Shown: piece after piece, positions 11,130 to 21,900 of the stretch | How the letters are laid out: every line of letters begins with the position of its first letter | Numbering within the stretch: position 1 is the stretch's first letter | Source: Sminthopsis crassicaudata | Taxonomy: Eukaryota | Length of the DNA: 64,000 bases | Direction of reading: 5' to 3' | Assembly: GCF_048593235.1 (NCBI RefSeq) | Contig: NC_133619.1 | Span: forward strand, 18,304,454-18,368,453 | Notes under the pieces: generated by a model | The model's database searches: none | Seen by the model: only the letters and a program-made list of their open reading frames with translations | What the model was told of the DNA's origin: nothing | Translations under genes and position numbers: made by a program

Positions 11130-12830
11130 AGCGCTCCCGCTCAATAGAGCCCATTGTTCCGTCCCGATTCTTCCTCTCCGGCCCCCTGGCGGCCCCCTCG
11201 TGGGGAGGGCCCGGGATTCCATGCAGAATGTGACTGGCCTTCCCAAGCGCGGCTTCCAGCCGGAATCCCGATGTCAGGGGGGCCTTTTAGGTCCTCCCGT
11301 CCTCCCTCCTCCCCCGTTCCTTTCTGGGTGATTGCAGGACAACATTTGGACCCCCGCCCCCCCACCCCGGTCACCAGGCCGCAGAGGCGCCCCTTGTCGA
11401 GGAGCTGGAGCGCTAGCGCACGGGGCACTGTCCCCCGCGAAGCTGAGCTCCCGCCCGCGCTCTCCAACGCCACCGCGGGTGGGTGAGACCCAGTGGGACC
11501 GGCCCGGCCTCCAGGAGCTTCCGTTCTCTCGGGATCGGAGAGTCAGTGGCCAGTGTTCTGGCGGGGGAAGCGTAAGGTCTGGGGAGATCCCAAAGGGGGC
11601 CGAGGAGAGAGAAGGAAAGCTTGGGACCAGAGAAAGCATCCCAGCCAGAAGCCCACCGAGGGGGGGGGCTAAGGAGAAGCCCACCTTCGGCGGCCCTTCT
11701 TTCAGCTTATTACCCAGAAGGACTTGCTCCGTCCTCTCCTCGGGGTGGGAAAAGCGTGATGGTCCCCACGGGGCCCGGATGGAAAAGGCCCCCGGGAAGT
11801 CCAGTAGGAGACACCCACGGTCCAGGAGACACACGCGGCAGCTTGTGGGCGCGCAGCGTCCTGAGGGCACAGGGAGAGCGCCAGCCTGGGCTGCGGAGGG
11901 TCTGTCCCCACACGGCCAGGGAATGCGGGGCCCGGCCTCACTTCCGGGGCCCCAGTTTCCTCGGAGGGTCTGTCCCCACACGGCCAGGGAATGCGGGGCC
12001 CGGCCTCACTTCCGGGGCCTCAGTTTCCTCGGAGGATCTGTCCCCGCGGCCAGGGAATGCGGGGCCCGGCCTCACTTCCGGGGCCCCAGTTTCCTCGGAG
12101 GGTCTGTCCCCACACGGCCAGGGAATGCGGGGCCCGGCCTCACTTCCGGGGCCTCAGTTTCCTCGGAGGATCTGTCCCCGCGGCCAGGGAATGCGGGGCC
12201 CGGCCTCACTTCCGGGGCCCCAGTTTCCTCGGAGGGTCTGCCCCCACATGGCCAGGGAATGCAGGGCCCGGCCTCACTTCCGGGGCCTCAGTTTCCTCGG
12301 AAGGTCTGTCCCCACAGGCCAGGGAATGCGGGGCCCGGCCTCACTTCCGGGGCCTCAGTTTCCTCGGAGGGTCTGTCCCCACACGGCCAGGGAATGCGGG
12401 GCCCGGCCTCACTTCCGGGGCCTCAGTTTCCTCGGAGGGTCTGTCCCCACACGGCCAGGGAATGCGGGGCCCGGCCTCACTTCCGGGGCCTCAGTTTCCT
12501 CGGAGGGTCTGTCCCCACACGGCCAGGGAATGCGGGGCCCGGCCTCACTTCCGGGGCCTCAGTTTCCTCGGAGGGTCTGTCCCCGCGGCCAGGGAATGCG
12601 GGACCCCGGCCCCACTTCCGGGCCCCCAGTTTCCTCCTGCGTAAAATGCAGTGGCTGGGATGGTGTGCCTTCCAGCTCTACACCAAGTGTAAACGTCAAA
12701 GCCGAAGCTGTCATTACTGCTGAGATCGGTGCTATTTTCTAGATCCTCCTGTTTAGTTAAAGGGATGCTCCGGTGGAGGAGGCACCGGCGCCGGAAGGGT
12801 TAATAAACCCGCGGGTGGTTGAGAGGCTTT
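11130..12830. promoter_or_regulatory. CpG-rich island overlapping the 68-bp minisatellite
   Basis: Visibly high GC and CpG density, with a CTCF-like GGCCCCCTGGCGGCC at 11180-11194. No CpG observed/expected ratio was computed. Confidence 0.55.
11895..12636. repeat. 66-68-bp GC-rich minisatellite, about 11 copies
   Basis: Unit GAGGGTCTGTCCCCACACGGCCAGGGAATGCGGGGCCCGGCCTCACTTCCGGGGCC(C/T)CAGTTTCCTCG. A 66-bp variant has CCCCGCGGCC. Confidence 0.98.
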
Positions 12831-13859
12831 CCCTAATTAGGGATAATGAGTCATTCTTTGCATACTATTGTCTCCCCGGAGCTTTCTCTTGCTGTTCCCT
12901 TTCTCTCTGCCTCGCTGCGCCAAGTGAAGGAGCAATTAGTAAGTGCTTATTGTATGCAGGGCAGTGTACTAAGAGCCAGGAAAAGCAGCCCCGAGCCCCA
13001 GGAGCTCACCACCCTAACGGCCATGGGGAGATGTGAGATTTGGAGGGGCCCCCGGTGGGGGGCATTGGAAGGAGGGAGGGCTCAGTGCACGTGCACCCCT
13101 TCCTTCCGAATGTTCCGGAGGTAATTTGTTCACCCCGCCGAAACGCCCCCTTTTAGTAGGGATTTCTTTGTTAGTTACTCTCCTCAATTAAGAAAACCCA
13201 CTTCAAGATTAATTAAGAAGCAACTGGTGCGGATTCTGCTGGGATTGGGGATGCAGGCAATTAACCACCTACTCGTCCTCCGACTACTTTGGGAGAAAGC
13301 CCGACATGGTGGGTGGGAGTCGAGTTCCGGACCTGGAGTCAGGAAGGCCGGCTCCCCTCCGAGGTCTCCGAGCTCCGGCTTCTCCCGAGCCAGTGTTTAA
13401 TGATCATCAGGAAGTTTCCCTGAAACACCCGGCATTTAAAAAGAGGTTTGCCCTCTCGTTCCCAGCTTCTCTGGTCACTGTCTCCCCAAGGATCCACCCC
13501 TTAACGTGGCATTCAGCCGGTCCTCCCGTCCCAGCGTCCCCCCCTCCCCTCTCCGAGCCGCTCCTGCGCTGGGGGCGATCCAAGCCCGCACTGGGCCTCT
13601 CTCCGCCCACAGTCCCGGCCCTGTTCTGGCTGATTGTCCTCGGTTGTCAGCCTTTGTCCCCGGGGCGGCCCTTGTCCTCGGCGGGCAGGTTTTGTAACGT
13701 CCGCCACCACAGTTAAAGGTGAAACAACTTCCGAGTTCTCCTAGTCAGTGTGGTCTGCTTCCAGCCTTTACCGGACCCTGGGTGTGTGTTCATACATGCA
13801 CACACACATATATACATACATGCAATAGAGATGGTGAGGTCTAGAATTGGGGTGCTCAA

Positions 13860-14060
13860 TGTAATTAGGGTTAATTGAGGTCTAATGTCAGGTTCGGGGT
13901 ACAGGGAGTCAAATAGAGCTCCCCTGCAACCCCTTTGGATGCAGCGCAAGGATACAGAGTTAAATGAGGCCTGGTGACGGCGCCAGAGTCCCCTGTGAAG
14001 GAATTTACAGATCCGAAAACCTAGACTGATAAACGAGGTTTATTGTGGGGTCTCCTCGTC
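13860..14060 (-). mobile_element. Partial ERV LTR (R/U5 end)
   Basis: The minus strand reads CAATAAACCTC...GTAAATTCCTTCACAGGGGACTC...GGGGTTGCAGGGGAGC...CCCTAATTACA, with a poly(A) signal and terminal CA. It resembles marsupial LTRs from memory. Confidence 0.6.
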
Positions 14061-14069
14061 ATTCCCCCT

Positions 14070-14390
14070 TAAGCAGTTACATTTGTGGCAATGTCATAAA
14101 GAAATTCATTTTAAAAACAACCCTTTGATGTACATATAATTTTAACATATTTGCTGATAATAAATCATAAAATTTTATTTTAAAAACTTTTTGGTATATA
14201 TGTATAAATAATTTTAATCATTTATTAAAGACAAAAGAAAAGCTGAATGCTAGTGAGATGGATATGCTTGTTTACATTTACATAAAGAATTCGATCTTCC
14301 TAATAGCTGATATCTTTTACCACATTTTTCACGCCCCCATTCAGTTATGCGGCCCCATGTGGGTTGCGACCTACAGTTTAAGAAGCTTTG
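14070..14390 (+). mobile_element. hAT/Charlie-type DNA transposon end
   Basis: The terminus GGGTTGCGACCTACAGTTTAAGAAGCTTTG resembles Charlie/MER5-like ends and follows an AT-rich internal segment. Confidence 0.6.
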
Positions 14391-14768
14391 GTACAGTGGA
14401 GCAGGGCATGCTGGAGCCAGCTCTGAGCAGCCCATAAGGGCTGCAGGTAGAATGTCCAGGGGAGTACTTAGCTCTCAGAATTGGGAAGGGCTATAACTCA
14501 GAAGTCGGATTATTGTTTCTTTGTCTACTCTAGAAAATGTGGTCAATCAAACTTAAATCAGGTCATGGGGCCTTTCTGAGGAGTTGTTAGACATTTTTCT
14601 GTACAGAGCTGGTTTGTAGTCAGAGGACCTGGATTCAGATCCTGAGCCTGTGGGTGACTGTGGGCAAGTCATTTTTTTTTAATTAACAAGTTTTGATTTT
14701 TTTTCTCCTCATATGTCCCCTCCATGAAAAAGGTTGAACAAAGTCTTTGTAAGAAATACTCATAGCTA

Positions 14769-14799
<31 letters not shown>

Positions 14800-16717
14800 C
14801 CCAACAAAATCAAAAAGAGCGACCCTGCATTGACCATGTGTGCTGCCTCCTACATCTTGATTCCATCATCCCTGTGCTACCATGGAATGAGCAACACTCA
14901 TTATTGGTCATTGATCAGCTTGCTTTATCTCCATGATCTTGGTTGATAATGTTTTCCCGGTTGGGCTCACTTCACTGTGCATGGGTCAGAAGGAGATTGG
15001 TCAGGCTCATTTCCTCCAGGTCTCCCCAGGGTACCTGGACACCGTCCCTTCCTTCCTTTCTCCTGGCTCACTGACGCTGACCCCTCAGCTGATGCCCCAC
15101 TCCATTTCTAATTCTTTGTGACCATAGAAAGAGCAAGCCAGTGTATTGGCTTCCTTGTGCCTCGGTTTCCCCGGCTGTAAGTGAGAGGGTTGGGCTCCTT
15201 GAAGTTCTAAATCTGTGGTTTCAGGAGGTACAAGTTCCCCTTTTCTCCAACAAGGCATCCTCAGCCCCTCTAACCATCTATCGTCTGGTGAGACTGAAAA
15301 TGTGACATGTTAATGTGGAACAGGAGCAGAGGATTTGGGGGCGGTGACAGTTACCCCTAAACCTGTCTGCCCTATTCAAGAGGAAGTTGGATTGATGGAG
15401 GAGGAAACTGGCCCCAGTCCCAGTGTATCCTATGTGCACTCTCAAGAATGAGAGCTTTGGTGGGGTCTGTGTGACAGGGGCTAACAGGAGCATCAGAGCT
15501 GGAGGGTGGGCAGGGATTTCTGCAGGAAATGCAGTCTGTGGGGAGGCTGGGAGGGGAGCTGTAATAGAATAATCCAAGTTGGATGGGCAATTGAAAGAAA
15601 TAAGAAGCCAGGTGGCAGAGTCTGGGATATGAAATCCAGGAGGTTCGGATGGATATACAGTGAGAAGTTTGGGCCCATTTTTGGCAAGGAGGGGTGAGGC
15701 GGTGGCTATTCCTGACCTCGTACCTTTAAAAAATAAAAGTTTATTTTATGTCACCTTCTTTTCCCATTGTGAGAACCACTCTTGGCAATCAAGAATAAAG
15801 AAAAGGTGACAAAAATATTTCATCAAAACTTACTAATTTACTGAAAAATATCTGACACTGGATGTCGTGCCCTCCTCCTTCAGCTACCCTCTATGCCCAA
15901 GGAACAAGGTCTGTTTGCCTACTTGAGAGCATTCAGATGGCAAGATGGGCTGGCTCCTTGTAGGGAGAACGGAGTCCCAGCAAAAGAGTTCACTGTTTTT
16001 CCTAGTTTTGATCAGTAACACTAGTTTTGATGATGATTATAATATAGTTTTGAGGTATGGAAAAGCATTCCCCCACTTCCTTCCATCCCTTTTTAAAAAT
16101 TTCCCTTGATATTCTAAATTTCTGTTCCTTCAAATAAATTTTTTAATTATGTTGTCTAGCTATACAGTATATTCCTCTGGTAATTTGATAATTATAGCAT
16201 CAGGCTTATAAATCAAAGTAGATAATATTGTCATTTTTATTATGTTGACCTGGCCCAGCCATGAACATTGACAAACTTCCCAGTTATTTAAATGATTCTT
16301 TATTTCTCTGAGGAATTTTTATAATTGTTTTTATGCAGGTATTCTTATTCGTGTTCAATTCAGTGTGGCTCAACAAGAAATTATGTATGTATATATTTAT
16401 ATACACACATGTATATATACATATATGTGTATATTTAATAGTTATTTTTAATGACACCTCTTTCTATTATGTATTGACAACTAAATTTTACTATTGCTAT
16501 ATATCTGGGTTTTTTGTAGATTGTGATGTAGCTTACTACTTTGCTAAAGTTATTATAATTATATTATATTATATATATAATATATAATGTATGTATAAAT
16601 GAAGTATATTATAATAATTAAAGTTATTAATCGTCTCAATTGCTTTATTTGCACACCTTTATACTTTTAATTTTGTCATCTTACTAATACTAGCATTTTT
16701 AGAAGTATGTAAAATAG

Positions 16718-16871
16718 GGGCAGCTAGGGGGCGCAGTGGATAGAGCACCAGCCTTGAATTCAGGAGGACCCGAGTTCAAATCTGGTCTCAGACACTTAAC
16801 ACTTCCTAGCTGTGTGACCCTGGGCAAGTCACTTAACCCCAGCCTCAGGGAAAAAAAAAAAAAAAAAAAAA
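16718..16871 (+). mobile_element. Young WSINE1-type CORE-SINE with poly(A) tail and 17-bp TSD
   Basis: GGGCAGCTAGGGGGCGCAGTGGATAGAGCACCAGCC...GGCAAGTCACTTAACCCCAGCCTCAGGG(A)n. The TSD AGAAGTATGTAAAATAG lies at 16701-16717 and 16872-16888. Confidence 0.95.
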
Positions 16872-17399
16872 AGAAGTATGTAAAATAGCTACAAGGTAAA
16901 GAAGCATACTTTCTTTACTTTCAGATTTGTGGGGAGAGTTTTTAGTGCTTCCCCACAGCATATAATGCTAGTTTTTGGTTTTAGTTACTTAAAAAAAAAT
17001 CAATTTAAAAATATTCTGTGACTGTATCTGGTAGGGTTTTGAACCTAAATGGGTGTTATACTTTATCAGCAGCATTTTTGTTTTCTGTTTCTATTGAGAT
17101 ATAACACATGGTTTTGTACATTTTTGTTTTTATTATGATTATGTTAAATGTTTTCCTAATGCTGAAATATTCTAACATTACTGGCAGAAATTCAGTTTGA
17201 TCTTAGTGAATAATAGCAAATGAGCCTTTTGATAAATTGCTATCATTTTGCCAGGATTTAAAAAAACAACACTTCAATCAAAATATATTAATGTGTTATT
17301 ATTTTTAGTTTTCCTTTACTGCCATATTCCTTCCTGGTTTAAGTATTAGGACTATGTTGCTCTCCTATTATTCTCATAAAAAGAATTTGGTAAAAGCCT

Positions 17400-17562
17400 T
17401 TCTTTTTCTTTCTTTCTTTCTTTTATTTTTCTGAGGCTGGAGTTAAGTGACTTGCCCCGGGTCACACAGCCAGGAAGTATTAAGTGTCTGAGATCAAATT
17501 TGAACTCGGGTCCTCCTGAATTCAGGGCTGGTGCTCTATCCACTGCGCCACCTAGCTGCCCC
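17400..17562 (-). mobile_element. WSINE1-type SINE
   Basis: Reverse complement of the same consensus, flanked by the near-TSD AAA(G/T)CCTTTCTTTTTC. Confidence 0.93.
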
Positions 17563-18604
17563 CCAAATCCTTTCTTTTTCAATTGTTGAGAGTAAATAGT
17601 ATTGCATTGTATTAATTGCTCTTTAAAAGTTTAATAGCAATTTCCTTTAATTCTGTCTGGAACAAGAGTACCTGGCAGCTTTAAAAATAAAAATTGGTTT
17701 TATGATGCCTTTTGCTTCTCGGTCACAAACATGTCCTGCTCCCTTCCAGATGGATCTCTGTCTCTGTCTCTCTTATACATATATATACACAGTTTAACAA
17801 AAGCATCTGAAGAGTGATCACTTATATAATGTTCTGTCCTGCTAGTTCCTTTGTTTGATTGTTTTCCAGTTATTCAGTCACAGTTTGACTTTGTTTTATT
17901 AATTCATTCCTTTGCATTATTTTGCTCATTGTGTAGGTTTTTCTCTCAGTTCTCTTAACTTTTCTCCGCATCACTAATTTTGCAGGTTACAGCTGGTGAC
18001 CTGACAGATGGTGGTACCGGGCCTATTTTGTCCTTGGCAGTGGCAGTGACTGTGTCCACAATGATCACCTCTTGTGTGCCCTTGTAACCACATTTATCTT
18101 GTGCTCTTAAGCTTCATATACTGGAACTTAAACAAATACACATTTTATTATTGTTTTAAAAGTGTTTTAAAAATCCTAAATCATTTAATTGTGAGTTCTT
18201 GTGGTTATCACTATTAGTTTGGATTGGCAAGGATCATGGCAAACGAGGAGACAAGTTCACTTCCTATTTGGCATTTTGCTTATGGTTTACGATTCAAAAA
18301 ACAGAGATGTTTTAGTTGTGGCCTTGTGGTCTTATGCTGGGCTGTCCATTGCTTGGTTATGTTTTTCTTTTAACTTATTACCCTTTATAAAATATGACTA
18401 TTTAGACAGTTGAACACAAAACATAATCTGTTTAAAGATTTCGTTTGAAAATTAGTTAGAATAGTGTTTAAAAGAAATATACCCTTAGATATGTCACCTT
18501 TTAAATGTTTTTTCTTTTTTATTGTTAATAATTGTCAACAAGGATTTCATTATCTCCAAAAAACCAATAGAGAGTTATGTAAAAAACAAAACTTATGTAG
18601 TTTC

Positions 18605-18770
18605 TTTTCTTTTCTTTCTTTCTTTTTTTTTTTTTCTGAGACAATTAGGGTTAAGTGACTTGCCCAGGGTCATGCAGCCAGGAAGTATTAAGTGTCTGAG
18701 GTCACATTTGAACTCAGGACCTCCTGACTTCAAGACTGGTGCTCTATCCACTGCGCCCCCTAGCTGTCCC
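18605..18770 (-). mobile_element. WSINE1-type SINE
   Basis: TTAAGTGACTTGCCCAGGGTCA...CCACTGCGCCCCCTAGCTGTCCC with a T-rich tail. Confidence 0.93.
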
Positions 18771-18874
18771 TATAGTTTATTTTCACATGTATGTATATAA
18801 TGTCTATATGGACTCATACACAGATATGTATGTATACACATACATGTCCCCGCATCTATATATTATGTGTATAG

Positions 18875-18877
<3 letters not shown>

Positions 18878-18908
<31 letters not shown>
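18878..18908. repeat. (GT)n microsatellite
   Basis: Uninterrupted GT run. Confidence 0.95.
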
Positions 18909-18911
<3 letters not shown>

Positions 18912-21900
18912 GATATATGTATGTATGCTTGTGTTGTATAGGACATCTGTCGTATCATTACTACAGAGAACCCCAGAGGAGACTCCCTCCCCTCTCGCGT
19001 GTCCGTACCTTCCTGCGACTTACAGCTCTGAGGAGCATTTCTTTGGCCTGGAGCACTCACAGGTGAAACGAGTTGCTTGGGATGTGTTAGAGGCCAGCCG
19101 TCCTGCTCCGAGGGCACCTCGGAATCCACACGGCGTCACCATTTTATAATGAGGCTCTCCCAAGGTTTCATCAGTGAAATGACCGCGTGTCCATCTGTAT
19201 GCAGATTTAACAGGGCAGCATCAGCACTGCGCTGCTGGTCCAGGCCCCTTTTTGTACTTTTTTGTTTTCTCACGTGGGTTTTAAAATGTGTTTTATTGGT
19301 GCCTTTTTTTTTTTTTTTTTTAACAGTTGTTACCCACACTTACGTCACACTGCTCTGGTCTTCCCTTCCTTTGTCCCCTTCACCCAGAAACCTTTCTTGT
19401 AAGAAATATACGTGTGTACACACGTGTGCATCTCTATTCCAGCAGAGCAGGCTGACGCGTTGTTCCTTGTCCGACATCTTATTTCGCCTCAGCTTTCTCA
19501 CCGAGCCTTAACTTCTGTCAGCTCGGCCTTGACTGGTTTTCTGGACAGGCGAGCATTGCCCCCCCCCAGCTCACCTCAGACTCCTTGAGGCAGCACCCAG
19601 ATGGGACAGGCCTTCCACGCAGGCCCGGGCATCGGTCCCCACGGCCTGGGGTCTGTCCAGTGCCTCCGGGAGGTTTGAAGGCCGCTGTTCTCCTGCCCAG
19701 CTGTTTCCCTCCAGCCTCTGGTTTCCTGTCCACTCCGCATGGCCTGTGTCCTTCCAGCTCAGGGAGGCAGGCGGTCCAATTGCCCACTCGCTGCTCCCAG
19801 ACGGCACGATGAGTAATTGCATCTTTCATCAGCGTCCGAGAGAAGCGGACTCTAATGGATCTGCGCAATGCTGAATTCTCTCTTCCCACTCAGAAGAGCC
19901 TTTCAGGACCTCTTCTCCGGGATGCTCGAATCTCTCCCCTCTTATTCTTTGGGGTAGCATAGCAAGGAATAAAAACAAGCAGCAAAACGTCTTTCACGGG
20001 GCCTTCACCACAAACTGCTGTTCTCAAGAATTTGGAGTTTTTAACCCCGGCTTCCCAAGTCATGCAGGGGACTGTACAGTTTGTAGGAAGTGGGATGGAG
20101 GGTGGGATTCTGGTGGGGGGTGAGCCGGGCGATAGAATTACAGAGTGCCGCCACGCAGTCTAACTTGTACTTGGAAAGGAAGGCATCCTGCCAGGGGCTG
20201 GCCAACGGGTGAAGAAGCCCTCCATTAAGGAAGCACCCTCCATGGCCCCAGGCTCTGCTTCTGGACAGCCCAGGTGTCCAAAGAGGGGGCTTCAGTTGGA
20301 CAAAAGGGATGAAAAAGAAGGGTAAGGGCTGAATGGAAGCCATAGGAAAGAACCGGGAAGAGGCGGGAGGACTCTGGGTGTGCGGGGGGAGGCAGGGAGG
20401 TGGAAAGTGTGGTGGAAGCCATCCCCATGCCCATCCTGGGGGGGGAGAAGGAGAGATGGACGACTGTCCAGGGCTCCCTTAGTCTGAATCTCTCCTAATT
20501 TGCCGGAGGCCTTGGGGAATCTCAGGTGGGCAATGGCTCGGTGGCGTCCCAGGTATGAGAAAGACCATTTAACAGATGGAGAGACGGGGGCTCTGGCAGA
20601 TGAATTGGCCAGTGATCAAGGCAAGTCAGGGGACACCCCTAATCCTCATTCTTCCCTTGTTTGTATTCCCCTCAGTGGAACTTTGTAGTCACTTGAGGAA
20701 ATGTTTATTGATTGATTCATAAAAGCAGAGTCACTTATGATGAATTAATGTAGGATGCATACAGAAGAAGGAATAAGGGATATGAATATGAATAAGGGTA
20801 ATGGAATATGACTTTAAAAGTATCTCTTCCCCAATGTTCAGAAGGTTGCATTTCTGGAAAAGAATTAGGGAAAAATGGCCATGTGTGGAAGTGCATCCAG
20901 GTCCCACCTTTGACCCACCCCGGCCCTTTCTTCCGGATATAGATTGCAGGCGGGGACCTGCTCTGTATTGGGGGGGGGGGGGCTGTCACCGCTCCCTGGG
21001 GAGAAGCTAGCTTTTATCTGTGAAGTCTCAGGTCTGGTGAAACAAAATGCACAAACACCGGAACCCCCCATTGCAGACCTCCCGGGCCCTTTTCCTAGCT
21101 TCCTCAGCGGGGTGCAAGCTCTGAAAAGATCAACTAATGGAGGGGTTTTAAGAACAAGCCCAGGGATGGGGATGCAGCCTGTACCTCAAGAGCAAGACTG
21201 GTACTCATGACAATAGTCGCAAGGCTGGCATTTGGCTGTTGAATTTGTAGGCCATTGTACGCGGGTGCCCTCAGTGATCCTCACACGGGGGGGATTATCC
21301 CCATTTTTCCCATGAAGACTTGCCTGTGGTCATATAGCTAAAAAGGGTCAGGGTGTAGAGGCTCTGTCCTTGCTCCCTGAAGACAGGCCTTGCTAGGGGT
21401 GCTGGGTGATGGCTCCGGTGGCCTGGGCAGCCATGAAACGGACAGGTCAAAGGTCCCTCTTTCCTGTAATAGTGAGGGGCTAAGATGGGACGGGGGCTGA
21501 GGATCCCCCACTCTTGGGTTCTCCATCAAACCTGCTGCTTTAAGGAGAAAGAGCCGGGCCCTCTCTTTAGGGGTGCAAGGTTCTCCCTCAGGCGTGTGCT
21601 GTGGTGGGTGTGGGCTGGACGGGCATCTTCGGAGGCTGGTGATGCTCCAGGCCAGGGCAGGGAAGCCCCCAGCAGGAAGGTCTCTGGAAGAGCCTGAGGG
21701 CCGGAGAGGGCCGGCTTGGCCCTCACTGGGAGGATCTGGTCCTCCTCAGTCAGACAGCCAGCCTGAAGTGTGCCAGGCACTGGGCGAAACCCCCCCGAGG
21801 AGCCCCCAGGAGGGAGAGGAACGAGGTCTGCTTAGGCTCTGGAGAGTGTCACTGGAGGTGGAATCTTAGAGAGAGGCAAGGGGAGTCGCAGGAAGGGAAG

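Larger units (their letters stand above)
16090..17650 (-). mobile_element. Old antisense L1 ORF2 remnant interrupted by two SINEs
   Basis: T-rich sequence with typical antisense L1 strings (ATTTTTATTATGTTGACCTGGCCCAGCCATGAACA; TTTTAGTGCTTCCCCACAGCATATAATGCTAG). Confidence 0.7.

Noticed and set aside
11332-12742. 463-aa and 373-aa ORFs
   Set aside because: They are read-throughs of the stop-free 68-bp repeat, and overlapping frames are open at once.
19393-19425. Short palindromes (ACGTGTGTACACACGT; also CTAGTGATGATCACTAG at 35717-35733)
   Set aside because: They are short, low-complexity or inside old repeat debris, and have no supporting context.
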